Part shown: in pieces, positions 18,677 through 27,264 of the stretch | How positions within the stretch are numbered: position 1 is the first letter of the stretch | How the letters are laid out: the number at the start of each line of letters is the position of its first letter | Assembly (NCBI GenBank): GCA_046331425.1 | Contig: JAXLQU010000007.1 | Coordinates: 55,437 to 119,436 of the forward strand | Direction of reading: 5' to 3' | Length of the DNA: 64,000 bases | Origin: Acidobacteriota bacterium | GTDB taxonomy: Bacteria; Acidobacteriota; Polarisedimenticolia; J045 | Made by a program: the position numbers and the translations under genes | Notes under the pieces: generated by a model | Told to the model about the DNA's origin: nothing | What the model saw: only the letters and a program-made list of their open reading frames with translations | Databases searched by the model: none

Positions 18677-18716
18677 CTCGGCAGTGGCAGATGGACTGCC
18701 GCTGACCGGTTTTCAA

Positions 18717-21076
18717 TCAGTTGATCTTCACCCAGTGGTACGTGCCGCCCGTGGTACCGACAACGATCCCTTGGTTGGTGCCGTTGTTGTAGTCGAAGGT
18801 TGGTGTACCGATCGTCGTTCCGGCCTCGACGGTCCAAGAACGAACGACCGCGCCCGAGGTGGCGTTGATCTCGTAAAGTTTTCCGTCGGAGGATCCCACA
18901 TACGCGTAGGTGTCGTTGCCTCCGGTGACGTCACGCAGCACGATCGGCGCACTCGGCGACGCAATGCTCGTGGTCCAGTAGGTGGCTTCGTCGAACGTAC
19001 CGTCTCCGAGTAACTTGATGCCGTGCACCTTCGAGTCCGTGGTCCAGACGATCCAGTTCACCCACAAGGCGTTCTCGGCAATGCTATTTCCCGGCGCCAC
19101 GCCGCGGACCGCGCCGTCGCTTTGCGCACAGCCGCCAGCGACCGTGCAACTGTCCAGACTCAGCAGCGAGCCACCCGACGCAACCAGGGCGTTGTAGACA
19201 TACACGTCGCCGGTGGTGTTTCCCGCGACCAGGATCCGATCCGAGCCTTTCTTGGCAATCGCAAGGCCAGCGTCGATGTCTCCGATGCCGCTGATTACGG
19301 CGTATTCGGGCACATTGAATGCCGGCGTCGAGTTGACTTCGAGGACCACGATCGACTCGCCACCATCGTCTCGCACGCCGACGTAAACCAAGTTGTTGGC
19401 GCTATCGCGGTACTGGATCGTGGGTGCGCCGTTGGAGATACCGAGAGTACCGCCACCGTTGTAGCTGTCTCGCAGCGTCGCCAGATCATGGCTGTACATC
19501 AGAATCTTGTTGTTGGCGGCGCCGCAGCGAGTCGCAACCACGACGACATCGTCGCTGTTGTTGGAGTTGGCGTCGAAGCCGTCGAGCATGACAACAGGAG
19601 ATGTTTGCAGGAGGCCCGAAGTGCACCCAGCGTCGCCACCGGTGCCGGCGACGTTTCGTGTCGCCTCCGCGCCCGAGGTGCCATCGTCGGCGGAGTAGCG
19701 GTATAGGCGACCCGGCTCTGCGACGAAACGTAGCAGGTGTAGTCCGTTCCTCCTGCATCGAGATCGTCGCACAGCGGTCGTGCTTGTACAGCACCGCCGG
19801 CGAGCGGTGGGACCCAACCGCCACGGCTTCCATCGGTCTCACTCATCCGTTGGAGCAAGCGATCGTTGCCGATCCCAATCACGTATGCAGCCGGAATCGC
19901 TCCGACCGGAGCCAAGGTTGTGGCGTTGGTCTTGAACGCGAACTTGAAGGACGAGACCGCGCGCGGATAGCCGGTCGTCGCCACGCCGCTCGAGTAGTTG
20001 TAGTCGCCGTCGTAGGCGAAGGCCTTGTAGTAGTAGGTTGTGCCATTGGAGACCAACAGGTCGTTGCAGGAGTCGTTGGGGCTATCGCCTGAGTCGACGA
20101 TGCACGTTACCGACGCCGTACCGATGGAGTCGCCGAGGCTGTAGGAGGTGCCGGCGACCGGTGCATCCGTCACCGCCGAGCCGGTCTGACTCAGAACCAA
20201 CATTCCTGCGTAGTCAGTGTCGAGCGGGTTCTCCCACTCGGCGGTGACGATCAGATCGGAGGACGCCGCTGTCACCTTGCTTGGATTGCCTGGGGGGACC
20301 GTGTCAGCCAGCGTAAATGCCCACTGATTCCCGGTTGTCGCCGAGGCAGAACTGATATCGCCGCTGGCCTTGTACCAAAGGCCGACCGTGCCCGCGCCGT
20401 TCTCACTGCCGACCAGGTTCGGGTGGTCGGCGGCCGCCGCCCCCGCTTCGCTGACGATCTCGACAAACGCTTCGTCGGTGACGGTATCCAGAGCGAGTTG
20501 CACGGTTACCAGAACATCGCCGTCGATGTTCGGCACACTCGTCCACTGCACGACGAAGCAATGGTCGTTTCCTCCAGCGCCATCGCGATCGACATTGCAA
20601 GTGGTTGACTGGTACTTGACTGAACCACCGGCACTGGGATCCAGGTCGTCACCGTACGCATAGACCGCGTTGTTCGGGGGCCCCGAATCGGGCACGCTGG
20701 AGCCACCGGCGTCATTGGTGTAACCGGCGCCAAAAGACACGTACCCGTTGGACGAGATGTACGCGCCGGAGTAGGTGCTGCCGTACCAAGTGAACGAGCC
20801 ACCGATGTTGGTGACCAGCTTGTAGCAATCGTCGCCGCTACATCCACTGGGCTTCCAACCGGTCACGGTCGTGCCGGTTCCCGAAATGTCCGGTATCCAG
20901 TTGTTGGCGTCGAGTTGGCAATAGTAGCCGCCGGTGTCTTTGACAGCGGCCCCCGTGCACTCCGAGTCGGTTGCGAAACTGATCGTCGACAGGGTTCCAA
21001 CGACGACGACTGCGAATGCACGACACAACGTCGGCCACGTCCTCTTGTTGCGACCCATCTTCTCGCTCCCGTTCAT
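18717..21076 (-). CDS. large secreted Cys-rich protein with C-terminal beta-propeller-like repeats; interrupted by a 1-nt frameshift
   Basis: ORFs 19499..21076 and 18717..19817 are consecutive frames of one gene. The upstream frame is real to ...GGTDYTCYV and the downstream frame is real (GC3 about 80%) from ...AEPGRLYRYSADDGTSG. Restoring one A in the A3 run at 19726-19728 gives ...CYVFVAEPGRLY.... Signal peptide MGRNKRTWPTLCRAFAVVVVGTLSTISFA. Its ATG overlaps the PqqD-like stop (ATGA). Confidence 0.6.
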
Positions 21077-21483
21077 AACCTGTCCTCCGAGGCGTTCCCC
21101 GGCGCCGCGGCCTCAGGCTCGCGTTGCGAGCCCGAAGGGCCCGTGGGCGCCTCGACGATCAACCCACGAGAGGCCAGCTCTCGTAGGAATGCGTGCACGT
21201 CGGGAGCGGCAGCCGCCTCGTCCAGGCCGGCGCTCGCCGCGAGTACCCGCGTTACGTCTTCCACAGTGCGGACCCCGTCGAGCAGTCCCCAAACCTGGGA
21301 ACCGTTTTCGTTGAGTCCGAGTAGTTTTCTTCCTTCGTAGTGCAGCACTACGGCCTTGCCGCCCAATGTTTGCTTGGCCAGACGCGGGTTGTGTGAGAAG
21401 CGCGTTGCCGTCGAGAACGGAATCGGCCGCTCTGAGGAGGGGACCACTTTTCCTGCCTTTCCTCTCGTCGGCGGTGTGGGCAC
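21073..21483 (-). CDS. PqqD-family protein (stand-alone RiPP recognition element-like)
   Basis: LAKQTLGGKAVVLHYEGRKLLGLNENGSQVWGLLDGVRTVEDVTRVLAASAGLDEAAAAPDVHAFLRELASRGLIV is a textbook PqqD/RRE sequence. The maximal ORF starts with GTG at 21483. An internal GTG at 21447 with AGGAAAGG upstream is the more likely start. Confidence 0.8.
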   Translation of the reverse strand: MPTPPTRGKAGKVVPSSERPIPFSTATRFSHNPRLAKQTLGGKAVVLHYEGRKLLGLNENGSQVWGLLDGVRTVEDVTRVLAASAGLDEAAAAPDVHAFLRELASRGLIVEAPTGPSGSQREPEAAAPGNASEDRL

Positions 21484-21598
21484 ACCGGCCGGGGGCGTTC
21501 ACATGCGTCCGACGGGAAATCTAGGCATCGAGCGAGACAACGCAAACCGGGTCTCTGTTCTGCCCCCGGGACCACCGCGCGTCCCCCATCGACGCCCT

Positions 21599-21670
21599 AC
21601 GGTACATTTCGAAAGCCGCCGGATCGTAGCGTACCCCTTCCGTACCTGTCTATCGGTACCGCGCGGTACC
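21599..21670. promoter_or_regulatory. GTAC-repeat element with perfect 16-bp palindrome GGTACCGCGCGGTACC, in the divergent intergenic region
   Basis: Five GTAC(C) cores lie within 70 bp (21602, 21632, 21643, 21657, 21667), including the palindrome at 21655-21670. Position is between the PqqD-like gene start and the divergent GT4 gene start. Function unknown. Confidence 0.3.
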
Positions 21671-21798
21671 CCGCGTCACCCGGCAACCGCTGGACAGAGC
21701 AACGAAAGAGCCTCGCCTCAGACAGGAAGAGCGGTCCGCTCGCGCCGCTTTACAGCGATGGTCCAATCACCCCACAGTGCGGTGGGAGGCTCGGTAGC

Positions 21799-23058
21799 GT
21801 GTCGCACGAAAGATCGGTCGTGGTCCACGTCATTACCCGGATGATCTTGGGGGGGCCGACCCGGCCGGTCCTCGCCGCCCTGTCGCGACTGCCATCACAC
21901 GGTCTGAGCCCGGTGTTGATCACTGGGCCCCCGGCGGCACATGAACTTCCAGATCGGCAGGCGTATGAGGCTATCGCGGGGCTGCAGGTCATCGAACTGC
22001 GCGAACTGGTGCGCGATCCTGCCGGTTGGAGAGATCTGCGGGCGACTTTGACCCTGATCCGAAAACTCCGTCGGTTCGACCCGATGTTGATCCACACGCA
22101 CACCGCGAAAGCGGGTGCGCTCGGCAGGCTCGCAGGATGGTTCCTTGGGAGTCATCGGCCACCGGCCGTCCACACGTTTCATGGACACTCACTCAGTCGC
22201 GCGGCCGCCGGTCGGATGGCACCCGTGTGGCGCACCATCGAGCGAGGACTCGCGCGTTTCGCTACCGACTTGGTCCTGACGCTCTCGCCACGTCAGCGCC
22301 AGGAGATCGTCGATCTCTTGGGCAGGAAACTCGCTTCACGTGTGGTGGTGCAGCCGCTCGCCTTCGACTTCGCGATGTGCCCCGAGGATCTTGCAGAGTC
22401 ACGACGATTCACAGCCGCGGTGCGGCGATCGGACGAGCGACTCCTCGCTTTCGTCGGTCGAGGAGTGGTTGTCAAAGGCCTGCACGACCTGGCGCGTGCT
22501 CACGCGCGACTGATGGCTTTGGATCTGCGTGCCGGGCGACGATTGCGCGTCACACTGATTGGTCCGCTCGAACCGGTTGTCGAGAACATCGTGCGCCGCG
22601 TCCTCAGCGACTCAGGCTTGCTTGACCAATGGAACTTCTGGGGGCCGACGCTGAATCCTCGTCCGCTGTTGGAAGCTGTCGATGGTGTTGTCTTGCCGTC
22701 GCACACCGAGGGCACGCCGGTATCGATACTCGAGGCGTTTGCTCTGGGATTGCCGGTCATTGCCTCGGCCGTTGGGGGAGTGCCGGAACTCTTGGCGGGC
22801 AGATGGGAGCGGATCGCCGCGGGTGATTGGCGCGTCGAACGAACCGCGCCGCGCGGTTTGCTAGTTCCGTCGGGCGACATCGACGCCTGGGCGGCAGCGC
22901 TCCAGACGTTCGCCTCAGACCCAACGCAGATTCCTGGCGATCCAGCGGAAAGAAAGGCGTTCGTGACGACGACGTTCGATGCGGACCAACACGTACGCGA
23001 TCTACTCGAGCTTTATGCCCGCGCCGGAGCGAAGGCGCACACGAACCGGATCGGTTAG
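21799..23058 (+). CDS. glycosyltransferase family 4 (GT-B)
   Basis: VVVHVITRMILGGPTRPV N-term, HTHTAKAGALG, C-terminal EGTPVSILEAFALGLPVIAS. GTG start with GGGAGG 10 nt upstream. Confidence 0.85.
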   Translation: MSHERSVVVHVITRMILGGPTRPVLAALSRLPSHGLSPVLITGPPAAHELPDRQAYEAIAGLQVIELRELVRDPAGWRDLRATLTLIRKLRRFDPMLIHTHTAKAGALGRLAGWFLGSHRPPAVHTFHGHSLSRAAAGRMAPVWRTIERGLARFATDLVLTLSPRQRQEIVDLLGRKLASRVVVQPLAFDFAMCPEDLAESRRFTAAVRRSDERLLAFVGRGVVVKGLHDLARAHARLMALDLRAGRRLRVTLIGPLEPVVENIVRRVLSDSGLLDQWNFWGPTLNPRPLLEAVDGVVLPSHTEGTPVSILEAFALGLPVIASAVGGVPELLAGRWERIAAGDWRVERTAPRGLLVPSGDIDAWAAALQTFASDPTQIPGDPAERKAFVTTTFDADQHVRDLLELYARAGAKAHTNRIG

Positions 23059-24269
23059 AGCGACCGACAGTACGCGCGGATCTTCTCGTACGCCTCGGTC
23101 AGCAGCGGCTCCTGTGGAAGAAACACGATTCGCACATGTTTGGTGCCGACTCTCTGACCGAAACCTGTTCCGTGCACCAATACGACCCCTGTGTTCTCGA
23201 TCAAGCCACGCACCAACTCGGTATCGGGTATCGGGAAGTCGACGCGCGGAAACGCATAGAACGCACCCTGCGGCGGCACGAGCGAAAATCCGGGTATGCG
23301 CTCCAACTGCTCGACGGTGATGTCTCGACGTCGCCGCAGTTTTTGTTGAACCTCGCGGATATGGTCCTGGGGACCTTCCAACGCCGCGGCTACCGCACAC
23401 TGCACCGGGTGACTGGCACATAGCCGAGCGCGGGCTAACTGGGCCATCGCGCCAGCGAGTGGGGCGGTGACGGCATCAGGTCCGGAGAGGATGCACCAAC
23501 CGAGTCGAAGCCCCGGGCCAAGCCAGACCTTCGACAGTCCAGCGAACGTCGCAATCGGGATATCGCGGCGCAGCGATGCCGTGGCGACGTGTTTCACATC
23601 GTCGTCCAGGACCATGCGGTCGTAAATTTCATCCGACAGCACCACCAGTTGATGGCGTGCAGCGACTTCCAACAGCTCCTCGAGCACGTGAGCGGGCGAA
23701 ATCGAGCCGGTCGGATTGTTGGGATTGATCAAAACCAGCGCGCGTGTTCCAGGCTTGATCTTGCTAGCCAACTCCGCCGGGTTCGGTTGCCATCCGTTGC
23801 TTTCGTCCAGGTCGTAGGGAATGGCCTCGACCCCGAGTTTGGCGAGCACAGCCTGATAGAGCGGATATCCAGGCTGCGGCACCAACACCGACTCGCCGGC
23901 ATCGAGCAGAGCGGTGAGCAAGATCTCGATCGGCTCCGAAGCACCGTGGCCGATCAACATGTAGCGAATGTCGCGAATCCCTTTGCGCTGCTCGGCATCG
24001 TGCCGAATGGCGGCCAACGCCTGCGGGGTTCCTTCGGATGCCGTGTAGGAGGTTTTGTTTTCGCGCAGCGCTCGTACGATCGCCTCGATCACGTGTTCTG
24101 GTGTCTTGAAGTCGAACAGACAAGGATCGCCGATGTTCAGTGGGATCAAGGTTCGGCCGGCAGCCGCCGCTTGCTGGGCCCACACGACCACATCTCGAAC
24201 CGCATACGTGACGTTGGCAACGTGACTGGAAGTTCGAATCGGATTCACGACGGCCTCGTGCTTACTCAC
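23055..24269 (-). CDS. PLP-dependent aminotransferase class I/II (alanine-aminotransferase-like)
   Basis: NVTYAVRDVV...LNIGDP...SKVWLGPGLRLGW carries the class-I aminotransferase PLP-Lys region. The maximal ORF (to 24398) has an Arg-rich extension. I chose GTG 24269 (VSKHEAVVNPIRTSSHVANVTY), which matches AlaA-type N-termini. Confidence 0.8.
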   Translation of the reverse strand: MSKHEAVVNPIRTSSHVANVTYAVRDVVVWAQQAAAAGRTLIPLNIGDPCLFDFKTPEHVIEAIVRALRENKTSYTASEGTPQALAAIRHDAEQRKGIRDIRYMLIGHGASEPIEILLTALLDAGESVLVPQPGYPLYQAVLAKLGVEAIPYDLDESNGWQPNPAELASKIKPGTRALVLINPNNPTGSISPAHVLEELLEVAARHQLVVLSDEIYDRMVLDDDVKHVATASLRRDIPIATFAGLSKVWLGPGLRLGWCILSGPDAVTAPLAGAMAQLARARLCASHPVQCAVAAALEGPQDHIREVQQKLRRRRDITVEQLERIPGFSLVPPQGAFYAFPRVDFPIPDTELVRGLIENTGVVLVHGTGFGQRVGTKHVRIVFLPQEPLLTEAYEKIRAYCRSL

Positions 24270-25896
24270 CCGGTTGCAGGAACGGATAGGAGAAATGCGA
24301 CGGCGGGACGAACGTCTCCTTGATCGCGCGCGGTGAGGTCCAGCGGACAAGATTGAGCAACGACCCTGCTTTGTCGTTGGTGCCGGAGGCGCGCGCACCG
24401 CCGAACGGTTGTTGTCCTACCACCGCTCCGGTGCACTTGTCGTTGATGTAGAAATTCCCGGCCGCGTTGCGAAGTGAATTGGAAAGCGCCTGAATCACCC
24501 GCCGATCTCGCGCAAAGATCGCGCCGGTCAAGGCATAGTTGCTGGTCGAGCGACACAACTCGAGAGTCGACTCCAACTCTCGGTCGGGGTAGACGAAGAC
24601 GGTCAAGACCGGTCCGAAAAGCTCTTCCTTCATCAAACGGTGCTTGGGATCCTTTACCTCGATGACGGTGGGCTCGATGAACCATCCCGTGCGCGCATCG
24701 CAGCCCCCTCCGGCCACGATCGTGCATGCCGACGAGCGTTTGGCCTGCGCGATCGCCCCGCTGAGTTTCTGAAACGAGGCTTTGTCGATGACGGCACCCA
24801 TGAAGTTGGTGAAGTCGGCGACATCGCCGGTCTTGATCTCAACCAGTTGGGATTTCATCTCCTTGCGAATCTTCGCCCACAACGACTGAGGCAAATAGGC
24901 GCGACTCGCCGCGGAACACTTCTGACCCTGATACTCGAACGCGCCGCGCACGAGAGCGGTCGCAACCTCGCTGGCCTCGGCCGATGCATGCACGAAGATG
25001 AAATCCTTTCCGCCCGTTTCTCCGACCAGTCGAGGGTAGCCGTGGTAGCTGCGGATGTTCGATCCGACCGTCTCCCAGATCGAGTGGAAGGTGCTGGTCG
25101 ACCCGGTGAAGTGCACACCCGCGAGGTCGGGTTGGGAGAGCGCGATCGGCCCGATCTCGCTGCCCGCGGAGGGCACGAAGTTGATCACTCCGGGTGGTAG
25201 CCCGGCCTGCTGAAGCACCTGGAACAGGACGTAGTTCGAAGCCACCGAGGTGGTCGCCGGCTTCCACAGTGCGACGTTGCCCATCAACGCCGGCGCACTC
25301 GGCAGATTGCCGCCGATCGAACTGAAGTTGAATGGCGTGATCGCCAAGACGAACCCTTCGAGCGGCCGGTACTCGAGTGAGTTCCAGGTGCCGGCTGGCG
25401 AGATCGGTTGATCGGCGTAGATCTGCTGCATGAAGTGCGGATTGAAGCGCCAAAAATCGATCATCTCGCAGGCGCTGTCGATCTCGGCCTGGTGCGCGGT
25501 CTTGCTTTGACCGAGCATCGTGGCGGCATTCGATCTTTGGCGCATCGGCCCGGCGAGAATCTCCGCAGCGCGCAAGAAAATCGCGGCGCGAGCCTCCCAT
25601 GGCGTGCGTGACCACGACTCCCAGGCCTCGCGAGCGGCCCTGACCGCTGCCAGGATCTCGCGCGGCCCGGCCAGATGGACGCGGGCCAGAACGTGCCGGT
25701 GTCGATGTGGAACTCGCTGCTCGACGATACGTCCGGTGCGAACCTCGCGATCGCCAATCACGCAGGGGATCTCGAGTACGTCGGATGTCATGTCGCTCAA
25801 CGCTCGCTTCAACGCGGCACGTTCCTTGGTGTGCGGCGCATAGCTCAAAACTGGTTCGTTGACGGGGGCGGGGACACGCCACAAGCCGTTCGGCAT
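24262..25896 (-). CDS. 1-pyrroline-5-carboxylate (L-glutamate gamma-semialdehyde) dehydrogenase, ALDH family
   Basis: 544 aa. ALDH catalytic region FEYQGQKCSAASR and ...LVGETGGKDFIFV...; the length and N-term fit RocA/PruA-type P5CDH. ATG with GGAGG 7 nt upstream. Confidence 0.85.
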   Translation of the reverse strand: MPNGLWRVPAPVNEPVLSYAPHTKERAALKRALSDMTSDVLEIPCVIGDREVRTGRIVEQRVPHRHRHVLARVHLAGPREILAAVRAAREAWESWSRTPWEARAAIFLRAAEILAGPMRQRSNAATMLGQSKTAHQAEIDSACEMIDFWRFNPHFMQQIYADQPISPAGTWNSLEYRPLEGFVLAITPFNFSSIGGNLPSAPALMGNVALWKPATTSVASNYVLFQVLQQAGLPPGVINFVPSAGSEIGPIALSQPDLAGVHFTGSTSTFHSIWETVGSNIRSYHGYPRLVGETGGKDFIFVHASAEASEVATALVRGAFEYQGQKCSAASRAYLPQSLWAKIRKEMKSQLVEIKTGDVADFTNFMGAVIDKASFQKLSGAIAQAKRSSACTIVAGGGCDARTGWFIEPTVIEVKDPKHRLMKEELFGPVLTVFVYPDRELESTLELCRSTSNYALTGAIFARDRRVIQALSNSLRNAAGNFYINDKCTGAVVGQQPFGGARASGTNDKAGSLLNLVRWTSPRAIKETFVPPSHFSYPFLQPGE

Positions 25897-25995
25897 CAGA
25901 AACCTCCGAGATCGCGAATTCGAGGCGAGAGTTCAGCAGCCGCGCCCGCTACCTGCCGCGGGTCCGTATACTCTCGGTCCGGAACGAGGGTGACG

Positions 25996-27264
25996 ATGGA
26001 GACGCGTACGAGTCATCACAGCGGTCTGCATCCAGATCTGCTGAAGCGGGTGCTGGTCTACGTCCTGGCCGGCGGACGCGGCGAACGGTTGTCGCCGCTC
26101 ACGCGAGATCGTTCCAAGCCAGCCGTACCGTTCGGTGGCAGTTATCGCATCATCGATTTCACACTTTCCAACGTGCTCAACTCGGGACTGCGACGCGTCT
26201 TTCTGATCACGCAGTACAAAGGCGCCTCACTCGACGCGCACATACGCTACGGCTGGAACATCTTCAGTCCGGAACTGGGTGAGTTCATCTCGTCGATCCC
26301 GCCGCAACTGCGTGTGGGCGATACGTGGTATCTGGGTACCGCCGATGCGATCTACCAAAACCTCTACACGCTCGACGATGAGCGGCCCGAGCACGCGCTG
26401 ATTCTGTCCGGCGATCACATCTACCGAATGGATTACCGCGAGATGGTGGCTGAGCACGTCGACCGAAACGCCGACATAACCATGGCCGTGATGCCGGTGC
26501 CTGCCAGTGAAGCCTCGCGCTTCGGCATCGTCGACGCCGACGCTTCGGGAACGATTCGGGGTTTTCGCGAGAAACCCAAGGACATCGACCCATCCGGCCC
26601 TGAAGTCGTCGCCAACATGGGCGTTTACCTGTTCAAATCGGAAATCCTGCGTCAGTCACTGTTGGTCGATGTCGCGCGGGACGGATCCAAACGAGATTTC
26701 GGACACGACGTACTCCCGTGGCTGGTCCAAACCGGCGCCACGGTCGTGGCGCATCGATTTCATGAAGCAGGCGCGCGCGCCGGTCACGTCGGCCTTCCGT
26801 ACTGGCGCGACATCGGCACACTCGATGCATTCTACGAAGCGACGATGGACCTGGTCTCGGTGACGCCTCAGTTCAGCCTCTACGATCCGCTTTGGCCAAT
26901 TCGCAGCGCTCCAGCACAGGCTCCTCCCTCGAAGTTCGTGTTTGCCGGAGGCGAGGAGGGACGCATCGGTCAGGCACTCGATTCGCTGGTTTGCCCGGGA
27001 GCGATCATCAGCGGAGGACACGTCGAACGCTCTGTCATCGGCTCCGGTGTGCGCATCAACTCATGGTCGCGCGTCAGTGACAGCATCCTGATGGACCGTG
27101 TACAGATCGGCCGTCATGCGGTCGTGCAGCGCGCGATCATCGACAAGGATGTGGTGGTGCCGGCGGGATTGCAGATCGGTGTCGACTTGGAACGTGATCG
27201 AGCTCGCTTTACGGTCAGCGATGGTGGAATCGTGGTGATTCCTAAAGGGGCACATCTCGCCTGA
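25996..27264 (+). CDS. glgC: glucose-1-phosphate adenylyltransferase
   Basis: VLAGGRGERLSPLTRDRSKPAVPFGGSYRIIDFTLSNVLNSGL is the GlgC N-terminal signature. ATG 25996 with GAGGG 5 nt upstream. The maximal ORF (25675) has a spurious extension. Confidence 0.9.
   Translation: METRTSHHSGLHPDLLKRVLVYVLAGGRGERLSPLTRDRSKPAVPFGGSYRIIDFTLSNVLNSGLRRVFLITQYKGASLDAHIRYGWNIFSPELGEFISSIPPQLRVGDTWYLGTADAIYQNLYTLDDERPEHALILSGDHIYRMDYREMVAEHVDRNADITMAVMPVPASEASRFGIVDADASGTIRGFREKPKDIDPSGPEVVANMGVYLFKSEILRQSLLVDVARDGSKRDFGHDVLPWLVQTGATVVAHRFHEAGARAGHVGLPYWRDIGTLDAFYEATMDLVSVTPQFSLYDPLWPIRSAPAQAPPSKFVFAGGEEGRIGQALDSLVCPGAIISGGHVERSVIGSGVRINSWSRVSDSILMDRVQIGRHAVVQRAIIDKDVVVPAGLQIGVDLERDRARFTVSDGGIVVIPKGAHLA

Noticed and set aside
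21521-21607. 28-aa minus-strand ORF MYRRASMGDARWSRGQNRDPVCVVSLDA upstream of the PqqD-like gene
   Set aside because: No SD, basic low-complexity composition, and it overlaps the GTAC element. Probably chance.
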